Part shown: one piece after another, positions 51,325-63,859 of the stretch
Layout: the number at the start of each line of letters is the position of its first letter
Numbering within the stretch: position 1 is the stretch's first letter
Notes under the pieces: generated by a model
What the model saw: only the letters and a program-made list of their open reading frames with translations
Database searches by the model: none
Told to the model about the DNA's origin: nothing
Made by a program: the position numbers and the translations under genes
Assembly: GCF_036321535.1 (NCBI RefSeq)
Contig: NC_087437.1
Location: 20,462,001-20,526,000, forward strand
Length of the DNA: 64,000 nucleotides
Source: Camelus dromedarius
Lineage: Eukaryota
Direction of reading: 5' to 3'

Positions 51325-51751
51325 CTTTAGAGTTAAGTGTCTGTCTTACGTTTCTCCAGAGAAGATGGGTGATGTGTATAGTAAAATGCTGTGAGCCCTT
51401 GAGAAGGAAAGGCAGGGAGGAGACAAGGAAAAGGGAGGCCAGAAGTCCTGGCTGAGCAAACTGCAGAGCTTTGCCCCTTTTCCTTAGAAAAGAGAAGCTA
51501 TATAAAGGCAGCAAGAGCCAGCAGGGAGGGCACTTAAGGACAGAAAGAGGAAGAAGTGGGCATGTCACCCTCTGACACTCCATCAAGACCCAGGCCTGGC
51601 TTTGCCTTTGTTTTTCCCATTAATCTCATTTATAACCTCCATTTAATTGGAACATTAAATCTCAACGGGGAAGTCACTACAGTTCTTTGTCTGTGCGATG
51701 ATCTTTGTGGTTGAAAATGGCCTTGGGGGCTCATCATTAAAACATCGAGAG

Positions 51752-52085
51752 CAGCTCTGTCCTAGAAATATAACATAAGCCAGAATATAATTTTTAATAT
51801 TCTAGTAGCCTCATTTTAAAAAGTAAAAAGAACTGGCAATATTAATAAAGTAACCTTACTTGATCCAATGTATCCAAAATATTACCAGTTCAACATGTAA
51901 TCAATATAACCTTATTAATGAGATATCAAATTATTCTAAACATACCTAAACATTTTCTAATAACTGAGTCAAGTTTCAGTTTTTAAATGTCAGTTGTAAT
52001 CCAATAAAATGAAAACTCAGTTCCTCAGCTGCACCAGCCACATTTTTAGCCACACATGGCCAGTGACACTGTGCTGAACAGCGCA
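51752..52085. mobile_element. MER33 (hAT-Charlie)
   Basis: gctctgtcctagaaatataa..tcaacatgtaatcaatataa..agccacacatggccagtgac. Confidence 0.75.
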
Positions 52086-52419
52086 GCTCTACACAAATCC
52101 ACAACACAGAACTACCGTGCATTGTTCTCTGTGATTGCTTTCCAACAACACGGGGCAGCAGTAGATATTTACAGAGCACTTACTCTCTCCCTTTAAGCTC
52201 TCTAGACAACAGGGGAATGAGATGTGTGATTTCTCCACACTGGCTGCAGGGAAAGGTGACTCTCCCCATAATTATCCATTGGAGGAGGTGGCTTATCTTC
52301 TGTGACCCCCAGAGAGCCGACACAGTTTGCAAAAGTCCCAAAGGTTGTGATATTTCCATACTCCCCATCAAATCCATAAACAAGTCTTGTTGACTTCGTG
52401 TTTAAAATATAAATTTTAG

Positions 52420-53340
52420 TTAGAGGATTCACCCTTTCCTATTTGAAAATCTACTACAGAGCTATAGTGAACAAGACAATGTGGTAACTGGAGTAAGAAA
52501 ATTGATAAATAGACAGACAGACAGATAGATAGACTGATGGATAGATATCAATGGTATACAATTGAGAGTCCAGAAATAAACCCATACATCTATAGGACGC
52601 CAAACCTATTCAAAGGGGAAAAGACAGTCTTTTTTGTAAATAGTGCTGGGACAAATGGATATTCACGCAAAAAAGAATGAATCTGTACCCACACAAAAGT
52701 TAACTCAAAATGGACCAAAGACCTAAATGTAAGAACTAAAACTATTAAACACTTAGGAGGAAACACAAAGGTAAATCCTTATGACCTAAGATTAGGCAGT
52801 AGTTTCTTAGATTTAACACCAAAAGCACAAGGAACCAAAGTAAAAATAGATATATTGGGTTTTATCAAATCTAAAACTTCATGTTTCTAGCAGCATTATT
52901 CATAATAGTCAAAAAGTGAAAACAATCTACATGTGCATCAACTAATATATGGATAAACAAAATATGGTATATCTATGCAATGTTATTTAACCATAAAAAG
53001 GAATGAAGTATCAGATGGATGCTACAACATTGATAAGCCTTGAAAACGTTAAGCATAGTGAAAAAGCCAGAGAAAAAAAGGCCACATACAGTATGATTCC
53101 ATTCATGTGAAAAGTCCAAAATAGGCAAGTCCCTAAAGAAGGAAAATAGATTAATGGTTGCTAGGGGCTGGGGGAGGGGAGAACTGGGAGGGTATGCAGT
53201 TTCTACCCAGGTGATGAAAATGTTCTGGAATTAGATAGTGGTGATGGTTGCTCCACCTTGAGAATATACTAAAACCCACTGGATTGCACACCTCGAAATG
53301 GTGGATTTTATGGTATGTGAATTACATCTCAATTTTAACA
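52420..53340 (+). mobile_element. L1MB-type ORF2 end and 3'UTR
   Basis: tactacagagctatagt..ccagaaataaacccatacat..gaattacatctcaat. Confidence 0.85.
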
Positions 53341-53359
53341 TGTATGTGTATATAACATT

Positions 53360-54310
53360 TATCTTCCACTTGTCCCCATCCCCACCACCACTACTCCCAT
53401 CCAGGCCACCATCACCTTTCATTCACCTGCAAAAGCTTCCTAACTTGTCTTCCTGTCTCTACTCTTGCCCCTGTAACCCATTCTTCACACAGCAACCAAC
53501 CCAATATTGTGTGTGTGTGCGCACACAAATGTGTGATTTTTAAAATGTATTTATTTATTATGTGTCTAACTTACTGTTTTATGATAATTTCATACTTAAA
53601 GAAATTTGCAGAAATGGTACAAAGAGTTCCCCTGTACTTTTCACCAAGCTTCTGCATCTTACATAACCATAGACTAACCATCAACACCAAGAAATGTGTA
53701 CTATCCCGTTAACTGATCTACAGACCTTATTTAAATTTAAACTCCGCCGGTTGTCCCATTAATGTCCTTTTTCTGCTCCAGAATCCAGTCTAGGAGCCCA
53801 TATTCCATTGATTTGTCCTGTCTCTGCCACTGAGCTGCACCCTTCCCCCCTTTTGTGCTTTCTGACACTAAAAATATCCCAGGCTCATCTTGTGCTTTCC
53901 CTGGCTCAGGCCTGCAGCCTGATCTTTCTAAAAGATCATTTCAACCATGCCATCTGCTGCTTCATACCACTCAATGATTCTCAGAGAATAAAATCCTTAC
54001 TGTGCTTTCAAGGCCCTTATCCACTTCTTAAGCCTCCTCCATCCCTGCCACTCTCCTTCCTTGCTCACCTGTACTCTAGTTACATGGGGATTCTGACAGT
54101 TCCTAGGACATGTCCAGCTATTGCAACCTCAGGGCTTTTGCATGGTTGGCTCTTTGTCATCCTTCACCTTTCACCTCATATCTCTTCCACAGAAAGGATT
54201 CCTTAACTTCTTTACCTAAAAGAGCTCCCATCCTCAAGTTATGTATCCTCTTACCATCCGCCCATTTCTCCTCAGCACTTGGTGTAATCTCCGTGATATT
54301 TGCTTTAAAG
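53360..54310 (+). mobile_element. L2 3' region, interrupted by an antisense L1MC fragment (~53545-53915)
   Basis: ccattcttcacacagca..atctttctaaaa..cctcagggcttttgca pattern. Confidence 0.6.
53822..53850 (-). mobile_element. short vic-1 SINE 5' fragment
   Basis: ctctgccactgagctgcacccttcccccc matches the SINE 5' end (reverse complement). Confidence 0.55.
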
Positions 54311-54434
54311 CACATATATTGTCAACTTTTTCTTTACTTTTAGCATTTTAAAATAAGGTTTAAACAAATACAAGTGCAACAGTTGTAAATGCAGACTGAT
54401 AATGGAAAGCTCAATCGGGCATCAAGTCTGACAG

Positions 54435-55810
54435 TGACATGATTTCCAACCTCTTAAACAACATTTGGCAAAGTTTCAAACAAAATAAAGTACATTGTTC
54501 TTTGATTTACACAATAGTTGCACCCCTGGAAGATTCAGTGTTTATTAAGATCAAGCAGAAAATACTTTTGTGTTTACATGTAAAACAGAATTAAGTTTTA
54601 GGCTCAAAGCATTATATAAACAAATTTTTTACCTACTTGAATGTCAGGCAGGGCACTTGAGAGTCATGTACAATCTACAACAGATTTTCACTGAGCCAGA
54701 CTGTCCCGGGATTTGCAGGATGTTTAGCATCCCTGACCACATACTGACTTTGCCAGCAGATCCTCTAGTCACTGTGCCAATCAAATGGGTCCCCACTTGA
54801 ACCTTGTTACACTATTGGTGGAAATGTAAATTAGTGCAGCCACGGTGGAAAACAGTATGGAGGTTTCTCAAAAACCTAAAAATAGAAGTACTGTATGACC
54901 CATCAATTCCACTTCTGGGTATATATCCGAAAAACAAATCAAAAACACTAATTCAAAATGATGCATGAAACAAGTTTATACTATATAGCACAGGGAGCAA
55001 TATTCAGTATCTTGTAGTAACTTATGGTTAAAAAGAATATGAAAACAAATATACATATGTTCCTACATGACTGAAGCATTGTGCTGTACACTAGAAATTG
55101 ACATAACATTGTAAACTGACTATACTTCAATAAAAATATATTTAAAAAAAAAGAAAATATGTATTCACCCCAATGTTTACAGTAGTATTATTTACAATAG
55201 GCAAGACAAGGAAACAACCTAAGTGTCCAACAGCAGATGAATGGATAAAGAAGATGTACATATATATATGAACACACACAATGGAATACTTCTCAGCCAT
55301 AAAAAAGAGTGAAATTTTGCCATCTATAGCAACTGGGGGGGAGTTGGAGGGCATTATGCTAAGTGAAATAAGTCAGACAGAGAAAGATAAATACTCTATG
55401 ATATCACTTATATGTGGAATCTAAAAAAAAATACAACAAACTAGTGAATATAACATAAAAGCAGCAGACACAGATACAGAGAAGAAACCAGTGGTTACCA
55501 GTGGGGGGGGCAATACAGGGATGAGGGTATGGGAGGTACAAACTATTAGGGGTAAAACAGGATGTATTGTACAACATGGGAAATACAGCCAATATTTTGT
55601 AATAACTGTAAATGAAAAGTAACTTATAAAAATTGCATAAAAATAAGAAAATTTTTTTAAAGCCCACACAAAAAAATCAACACAGGGGAAAAAAATGGGT
55701 CCCCATTTGACAGAGATTTCTAAAAGATTTAGATTTCTGAAACCCATTTGTTTTAAATTTCTAGGAGATCTCCTGGGGTGGGGAGGGGCATTGTTTCTTA
55801 AGAAGCCGTG
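54435..55810. mobile_element. MER20B-like hAT element split by L1
   Basis: tgtttacatgtaaaac..ttgcaggatgtttagcatccctg; resumes after the TSD at 55710. Confidence 0.6.
54801..55692 (+). mobile_element. L1 3' region with nested camelid L1 fragment (~54968-55152), inserted in MER20B-like element
   Basis: 18-bp TSD aaatgggtcccca(c/t)ttga at 54783-54800 and 55693-55710. Confidence 0.85.
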
Positions 55811-56427
55811 ACAGAAGACGGAAACCCAGAGATAAGGTAAGCAAAGGGACCACGGGATAGGGCTTCTTGTGTGTTATCACCCCACCTCACCCACAGCAGC
55901 TATCGCGGTATCAGAAACAGGCTATAACTGCTCGGAAGACAGTATGTCACCAGGAAGGTAACCTGTGTGGGAGGTCTTCCCTGGTCCCAATTAGGAGTCT
56001 CCCCTTCTTCCTCTAATCCCGTAGCTCAGCAACTGTCTTGGGCCACCGGGGGCTTCTGCTGTGTATCAGTGTCATCGAGCACACAGCCATCCTCCCTAGT
56101 AGCCTGCAGGCTTCGGGAGAACTTAAGCCAATCCACTCCTGCATCTCCAGCAACGCAAATGGAACGCAGCACGTACTCCATCAATGCTTGTGGAATAAAT
56201 GTGTATATGCTTTAACCAGGGAAGAATGGGAGATGGAGCAGGCCTACGTGAGGCAAGTCCTCTCCCACAGCTTGTTCCTAAATGCACCACTGGCCATCTG
56301 GGAGCCCTGAGCTGCACCGTGAGCCAGGTCCTGGGCTAGACCTTGTTCATCATGAAGATGAGCAAGACAAATGCCTGCCCCTGGGGAGGAAACAGATCTG
56401 AGAGCCACAGGAACTGTGGCAACAGGA

Positions 56428-56446
56428 TTGCAACTGGGGGGCGCTG
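56428..56446 (+). promoter_or_regulatory. candidate CTCF site
   Basis: caactggggggcgctg with retained CpG. Confidence 0.4.
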
Positions 56447-57509
56447 GGAAAAGGGGCAGCTAACTCCTCCTGAGGCAACAGGAGCCAGGGAACAGGTCTG
56501 TAGGATGATGTCTGAGTGGAGAGAGTAGGAGTTAGCAGGAGTTGGCCTGGGTGAGAATGGAGATTGCTGCAAGCAGAGGGAGCCAAGCTTGCAAAGTCAC
56601 ATTAGGAGAACTCTAGTAACCCACTCCTCCTCCAAATACCCTTCAGGCACTGCCCTCCTCTGGTCAGCACTGTGTTAGGGAGGCAGGAAGAGCACAGGAG
56701 ACAGACGAGGGGCAAGTTCCAGAGCATCACCTACTTCAAAAGACAAGCAAGCTGTATATACCGGGGTCAGCCCTGACTTCCTCATATGAAGCCTCAAGAA
56801 CTGACCAAGCTCCTCAGAACTAAGGAAAGTCCTCTTGGCTTCCTGAGGATTCCACCTCTTAGAAATGCCTCCTCTGGGGGGATATGATGCTCCCAGACCA
56901 ACATCTATTTAAAAAGTGTGACCTGATTCACTCAACCAATCACATCCTCTCCCCCGGTGCACCTTTATTGGGAAGGCAGAGGCACTCAGGTTTACTCCTA
57001 CTCTGAGCCAGGTGTGGTTCCAGGCGCTCCATACATGTTCCCTCATGCAATCCTCCCGACACACCACACAACAGGCATTAAGACCCTTGTTTGCGGATGA
57101 GGAACCTGAGGCTCAGAGAGGCCGTACAACTTGCCCAACGTCATACACAGCCCATAAGTGGCCTACAGTTCCCCCCATACCCCCACCAGCCCCTAACAAC
57201 AACTTAAATGATGGATTAAGGGGTGGTGTGACCTGTGTGAGGACTTCGGGGGCAGGATTCTCAGAAGCCTCCTTAATCAGGAAGAGAAATCAGCCCAGTT
57301 TATGACCAAGGAGCTACCTGGGGTCTGGCTCAGGTAATCATTAGAAAACACAGAAGACACCATCCTCGAGGAGGTTTGTGAGTGTTCAGTGAATGCATGC
57401 CTGGCACACAGCAGAGGCTCGCTCCTGCACGTGCTCTGCTGTCTTGATGTGACCATGCTACTGTTATCCAGGAACAGTTTGGTTTCCAGCCTTTGCCCAC
57501 GGTTGGTGC

Positions 57510-58140
57510 CTCTGTGTATCAATCACATTCCCAGCAGGAGACAGGCAGTACACTCAGACCTTTAACTACAGACCGTAAAAAGGCATTAACAGGCAAGGAA
57601 CCAACAAGAGGTTATGAGCTACTAAAGGCCTCGCTATGATAAGCTCTTTCTATTCCTAGACCTGAAGGGACAAAAAAAAAAAAAGGGACAAAATTACTGG
57701 AATCTAGTAAAAGCTAGGACTGCAGAGAAAGTTCTGCCCCCCAGGGGCCGTGGCCCTACACCACTGGTTCCCAAATTTCACAGAGCATCAAAATTACCTT
57801 TGCGGACTTGTTAAACTACAGATTGCTGGGTCCCCCAGAAGGTTTAGAGCAAGGCCAAGAACTCGCATTTCTAACAAGCTCCTAGAGGATGCAGATGCTC
57901 TGGTGTATTGCCCACTCTTTGAGAACCACTGCCTTGGAGGAAGAGAGGCATAAGGAGGAGGTATAAATACCCTGACCTCTTTCTCCTTCCACCTACCAAT
58001 CCCCTGCTGGTGTATTCCATTAGCTGGACCCAACCTGATGCTAGAGGGCAAGGTGTTAGGGTGCTAGAGGCTGGAGATGACCTGCTGCTGGGACACAGAG
58101 CAGAGAAGGGGTCTGAGAGGTGGAGAGCAAGGAATCATCA
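57510..58140 (-). mobile_element. old ERVL LTR (LTR16/LTR40-like) containing MER5A
   Basis: cccctgctggtg..ccattagctggacccaacc..agagggcaagg..ctgggacacagagcag pattern. Confidence 0.5.
57761..57931. mobile_element. MER5A
   Basis: ttgttaaactacagattgctggg..gcatttctaacaagctcc..ctttgagaaccactg. Confidence 0.85.
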
Positions 58141-59476
58141 GAAACTCCCGCATTCTCCAACCCCATCCCGCCCCTCCACTTCCACCAGCCCCATAAGCAG
58201 AGGACACCATTCTCATTCAAATAGTTTTCTGCCCTATGGCTTCTCTAAATAGTATTCTTGAGAGCTAGAATACATTATACTTTGCTCTGAGGCTTAAAGA
58301 AAATTATGATTCTCTCAACTCAATGAAATAAATAAGCTATTATGTCTTGTTGCCCTGCAGTAATGTTATGCATTTCCTGTGTTCAGAAGTGTTGAGATTC
58401 ATATCTGGAATAAAACTGTCATTCTTCATCCCTTTTATTTCAGCCTTTTCCACAGTTGTTCCCAGGAGGCCTGTTTTCTGATTAATACATGGCATTTTTT
58501 CCTTAGAATTTAGGTAGGTTTTTTAACCTAAGCAAATGATAATAAAATAATATTTCTTGAACTTTCTCACAGTGTCTCTTCTTATATCCCCTGCTCCCAA
58601 GTTTAAGAAGTAAAAACATAGCAATGAGCCTGAATCTCTGAAGATTTGCTATGAATCAATCTTCAAGAGGAACAAAATCTGCTTTAATTAAATTCCATTT
58701 TCCCTTTGTGAATGAAAGCATTAACCAATGTTAGTAGTTCTTCAAAAGCCCCAAGTCTCCAGAGCTATCCTTGAGACTGAGGTCACTTACAGACAGCAAC
58801 TCCCAGAACTCAAGATGGGACAGGTAAGAAGAGAAATCAGGTTGGTAGGGTGCTCTGGGCCAGGAGCCCGGGAGGGATGAAACTCAATGAAGTGTGACAT
58901 ACAGGAAGTGTATCTTTGGCAGTTTCTGAGTCACTGAAAGACATTTTCCCCCACTGACACCCTCCTGCTGCCCCTCAGCCACCATCAGGGTTCCTGACTG
59001 CTCTGCCCTCACCGAGTAACCATGCTCTCCACCTTCAAAGGGGAACGAGTTTATCTTTTGCACCAGCTGTCATCCACTGACTGTGACAGCCTGTAGTTCT
59101 CTGTGGAAAAGATCGTGGTGCTTACCTTTCCTAAAACAAATCAACAGATGAAGGAAGAAGATAATTTTAAACTGCAGTGAGGAAAGAAATTATAACAATG
59201 GGAGTAACTGGTAGAGACAACTTTAAATACAGTCATAGGAGACTGCTCCATGGTATCTGAATTTAAACTAAAGGATGGTGTTTTAATACACACTGAAAGA
59301 TGGAAATGAACCTGGCACACAATTGTCAAAGGAAGCAAAGGCCTGAAGGAAGGAAAGGGTTTGGAATACTCCACACCCAAGGCCAGTGTAGCTGGAGAAG
59401 AATAATCAAGGGGGCAGCAGTATGAGGTAAGTTTAGGGAAGCTGGCCACAGGCATATAGGAGACTTGTAGAATAAG

Positions 59477-60026
59477 TGTAACAGTTATCTATAGCTGTGT
59501 AACAAAGCAACCCAAAACTTAGTGGCTTAAAACAACAGCCATTTACTTGCTCACAATTCTGGGAGGCAGCCATTTGGGCTGGACCACCAGTTTCACCTGG
59601 TCTCACTTTTGTATCTGCCACCAACTGGTGGCTGGTCCAGAACTAGCTGATCTATGATGGTTTCTCACACCTGTCTGATGATTAATGCTGGCTATTGGCT
59701 GGTCTGTCTAGGTGGCCTCAGATGGAAGAGCCTTTCTCTGTCAATATGATTTCTCATCCTCCAGTAGGCTAGACCAGTCTTCTTCACATGTCAGTCTCAG
59801 GGGAGCATTCCAAGAGGATAAAAGTAGAAGCTGTAAGGTCTTGTGAGGCTTAGGCTTAAAAGTCAAACAATGTCACTTGTACTGCATTCTACTGATCAAC
59901 ACAAGACACAAAGCCAGCCTGGATTCAAGGGGTAGGGAAGTGGGAGGGGTGGAAAAGTCACATAGCAAAGGGGCATGCATACAGAGATGGGAAAAATTAT
60001 GACCAATTTTGTAATACACTCCACCA
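59477..60026 (-). mobile_element. MLT1G/H-type MaLR LTR inside L2
   Basis: gctgtgtaacaaa..cccaaaacttagtggcttaaaacaac..tcacttgtactgcattcta.. Confidence 0.8.
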
Positions 60027-60131
60027 AGGTATGAAGTTTATATTTTAAGCTAAGAGCAATGGGAAGTCACTGATGAGTTTCAGATTTGAAAATCAGGTAA
60101 ATCTGATTTATACCTTAAAAGGATCACTCTG

Positions 60132-60439
60132 ACAAATATAAGATAAATAAGTACTAGGGATATAATGTACAATATGATCAATGTAATTAACACGGCTCTA
60201 TGTTGTATATGAAAGTTGTTACGTGAGTAAAACCTGAGTTCTCATCACAAGGAAAAAAAAAATTTCTATTTCTTTAATTCCATATCTATATAAGATGATG
60301 GATGTTCACTAAACTTCTTGTGGTAATCATTTCATGATATACGTCAGTCAAATCATTATGCTGTACACCTTAAACTTATACAGTGCTGTATAGCAATTAT
60401 ATCTCAATAAAACTGACAAAAATTAAATTAAATTAAACT
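60132..60439 (+). mobile_element. L1MA9-like 3' end
   Basis: taagataaataagtactagggatataatgtac..tatatctcaataaaactg; TSD ttaaaaggatcactctg / ttaaaagggtcacgctg. Confidence 0.85.
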
Positions 60440-60584
60440 TTAAAAGGGTCACGCTGGTGAATGGGTGGAGCAAGGATGAGTGTGAGGGAAGAATGTAAGC
60501 AGACAGACTGGGCAAGTGGTTTGGCGGTCATCCAGGCTGGAGATGAGGGAGTCTAGCCTAGGGTTGGGGACAGTGAAAGAGCTC

Positions 60585-60730
60585 CAGCCCACTCTTCCTG
60601 AGAGCCTGACCTACAGATTTTGGGCTTACCTAGCAAGCCTTTGAAATCACACAAGAAATTCTTTGCCACAAGTGTCTTAATGTATATTCCTGCTGGTTCT
60701 GGTTCTCTGGTTGAACTCTGGTTGATACCG
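60585..60730 (+). mobile_element. MLT2 LTR 3' fragment
   Basis: cctacagattttgggctt..tcctgctggttctggttctctggttgaactctg..gatac. Confidence 0.65.
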
Positions 60731-60964
60731 GGGTTATCAACAAATATATGATACAGATGATATCTTATGCCACCAGACTGTGTGAGCTCTCCCAGGGAAA
60801 GAAAAGAGGAGGGCCAAGGAGACACCAGCCCAGGGCGCACCAATATTTAGAGGTCAGTTAACAGGAAAGAGAAAAAGAGACTAAGGAACAGTCAGTGGAA
60901 TATCAGCAAACCCTCATGAGTGGGTTGTCACTAAAGCTAAAAGAAAGTGTTTCAGAAACAAAGG

Positions 60965-61640
60965 GGCAGCCAGAACTGGTGCCCTTGGGACCCCTCTCAC
61001 ATCTTGACTTGGGGTGGCCACTGGGCCTACCTGTGCTCAGTGTCCTGAGTACACTCTTTGCAAGTGACAGCACCATGAGAGTGACTTCCAGCACCCAAGC
61101 TGAATGGATCACAGCCGTTACCATCTCTGCTGGGGCAGTTCCAGCTGGTTATTTAGCTTACAAAAGATTTTATGTTAAAGATCATCATAGAAAATCTATG
61201 GCAAACCTTTACAACCAGAAAGAAAACTCCAAGACCACACAGGCTTTTGACATGGAGGATTTAGAAGACAAAGCTGTGTACTGCTGTTGTTGGACTCCAA
61301 GAAGTTCCCATTCTGTGATGGATCTCACAGAAAACACAACGAAGAGACTAGAGCCAACATGGGACCTCTAATCATTAAGAGAAAAGAAACTTCAATGGAC
61401 AGTTTTGATGCTGCAAACCAACTTGCCATGATGTCACCTTACTGTTTAATTAGAATGACCAGCACTTCTGTCTAATGCACTTCCCCTGGGTTCTAGATAT
61501 AGCATGTTGCAAACTGCAGCTTTCATATTCATGGCATTCACCTTACTTGTTGCACCGTTGTGGGGTACATTTGTTTAAACAAAACAAAACAAAATAAATC
61601 AAAGAAAAACCAATCTCAGGACCTGTGAGTTAAAAAAAAA
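60965..61640 (+). pseudogene. CISD1: CISD1 (mitoNEET) processed pseudogene with 5'UTR, disrupted CDS (61075-61394), 3'UTR and A-tail
   Basis: ATG at 61075 gives [50 protein letters not shown]. After a 1-nt deletion at ~61294 the frame continues [28 protein letters not shown]. The expected TAA reads TCA (61392-61394). No introns; CISD1-like 3'UTR; A-run at ~61632-61641; L2 sequence on both sides. Confidence 0.95.
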
Positions 61641-61879
61641 ATAATGAAGAAATGGTCAACGGGGTTTAATGCTATTGCATGGTCAGGGAAAATGAAAACA
61701 GAGAAGTGTTTATTGGGCTTGGCGATATGGAGATGGTTGACAAATTTAGCAAGAGTGAACACTTCTGTGGAACAGCAAGCCCAGGAGCCATATACCAGAT
61801 GTGCCATCATCCTTAACCTTCACAATAGTTCTTAAAGCTAAGGTTCACTAGCCTTCCATATTATTCAACATTGAGTGTG

Positions 61880-62095
61880 ATTTTGAAGACTGAAGCTCTG
61901 GAGCCCGATAACCTAGATTCAAACCTGGCTCCTCCACTTACTGACTGCAAGTTCTTTAAGCAGTCTTTATCTCAGTTTCCTCATCTGTAAAATGAGAATT
62001 GTGAGAATACCTCCTTCACAGAGTTGTTTGAGAACTGTATGATTTAATATATGTGAAGCCATTTAAAGGCTTGTTAAATATTTACCATTGACCAT
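61880..62095 (+). mobile_element. MIR SINE
   Basis: ctctggagcc..ctcagtttcctcatctgtaaaatg. Confidence 0.8.
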
Positions 62096-63044
62096 ATCAC
62101 TCTTCCCCTCATACAGATAAAGAACCAGAGGCTCTCAGAGCTTTCTGTAGATCCTGAGACTAATAGTGAAGGATGGAGGCCCTGTCCTCCTGGACTCCAC
62201 ACCCTGAGTTAAGAATTTGAAGACTGACTCCCACTCAGGCACCTGCACCTCAGATCCAGGTTCCCTTCAGAGCAAGAAACCTCTTCTGGAGGTGAGTCAA
62301 GTGATCAGCAGGACCCAGTAAACAAGTCATACCCTCCTGGTAATACTTGGCCCCTCATATGCCCAGAGACTGAACTGGTCATTTATAGATAACATACACA
62401 CTCCTTAACCAGATGATGTGAGCATCGAATCTAGGAGACAAGAACCATACGCCTACTTCCAATAACCGGAGTTACTTAGTTACACGTTTCCAAACAAGAT
62501 TATCATCTAACCCCAACCTGTTCATTCCTTTTCAGCCTGGAGATTACTTATCTATATCGAGGTTATTCATTCTTTGTCAGTGGTCAATTATTTCAAAGAG
62601 ACTAGAAAACAAATTACAGCATACAAACATAATTACTATTACAAAACTCTTCAGAAAAGCAACAAGATGTTCTATATCCAGAATCAAAATAATTTTAACA
62701 CCTTTTGACATATGAAATTCCATTTATGGGAATTTATCCAAAGGAAATAGTCCAGGAGAAGGAAGGAAATAATGGGCATAAAGATGCTGGATTATTCAGT
62801 GGAATATTAGTCAGGTCTTCATATCTTCATAGCAATATAAAAATTACTCAGGCTTTAAGGTGCAATTTTTAAAAATACAAAATTATGTCTGTACTCTTCT
62901 CATACAGCAGGAACTGCACAAAAATCATGTATGCATGCACATTGGAAGGAAATAATAAAGAACATTGTTTTGGTCCATCTCTCAACATCAAGTTCATGGC
63001 CTTGGGCAAGAACTTTGGCTCAACTGTAAAATGGATATATTAGT

Positions 63045-63720
63045 AATAACTATCTTTTAAGCATTTACTATGTGTCAGGCACTGTGTGTGCTAAGTGCTT
63101 TACAGACCTTACCTTATTTAACCCCTCAGTGACCCTGTGAAATAGGAATGACTTATCATCATTTTTGAAATATAGAAACTGAAGCCCAGAGATGTGAAGT
63201 GACTTGCCCAAGGTCACGGAGGAAGAGGAGATGTGGGATCCGAACCCAGATTCCTTCCCAGCTGATCACGGAGCCAGAGCTCAGGACTATCAGATTATAG
63301 TTGAAAAGGTAATTGTGAAAATTAAAGTTAATATGTAGAAAGCTTTTAGCATGTAGTATCTGCTACATAGATCTGTTTGCCTGGTGGATAACTGGGTAAT
63401 GAAAAACACCAGCAGTAGGGGGAGGGGACTCCAGAAGGTGCCCAGCTGTGGAGGCAGCCCAGAAGGTCGGGGACCTAGAGAATAACAATGATGACAGCTA
63501 ATTTACATTAAGTGCTTGCTTTGTGCCAGGCACTGTACTAATTGTTAACTCATTTAACCTTTGTAACAACCCTATGAAGTAGGTGGTATTATTATTCCCA
63601 TTTCCTAAATAGGGGAATTAAAACACAAGAGATTAAGAAAACTGCCTGAGGTCACATAGCTAGTAAGTGGAGGAACCAGGAATCAGACCTCAGATAATGC
63701 CCGCATGCTTTGCCACCTTG
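63045..63720 (-). mobile_element. two MIR SINEs (~63045-63290 and ~63490-63720)
   Basis: tgtcaggcactgtg..gaaactgaagcccagaga..gacttgcccaaggtcac; second copy tgtgccaggcactg..ctatgaagtagg. Confidence 0.8.
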
Positions 63721-63859
63721 CTATAGCTGACTCTGCAAGATTGTACCAACTGTTTTCCCCACAATGTGGTCATTTCACATCTAGGTGTTATCAGTGAATA
63801 TATTCCCCATTTTGTTGAAAGTCCACTTACTATTGTTTATAGTGTTTATATGGCTTCTT

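Larger units (their letters stand above)
59160..61790 (-). mobile_element. L2 LINE split by four later insertions
   Basis: Collinear L2 blocks at ~59160-59470, 60030-60130, 60440-60580, 60735-60960 and 61640-61790. Confidence 0.75.

Noticed and set aside
60895..61371. 158-aa ORF as a functional N-extended CISD1
   Set aside because: It starts at GTG within L2 sequence and leaves the CISD1 frame before the CDGSH ligands.
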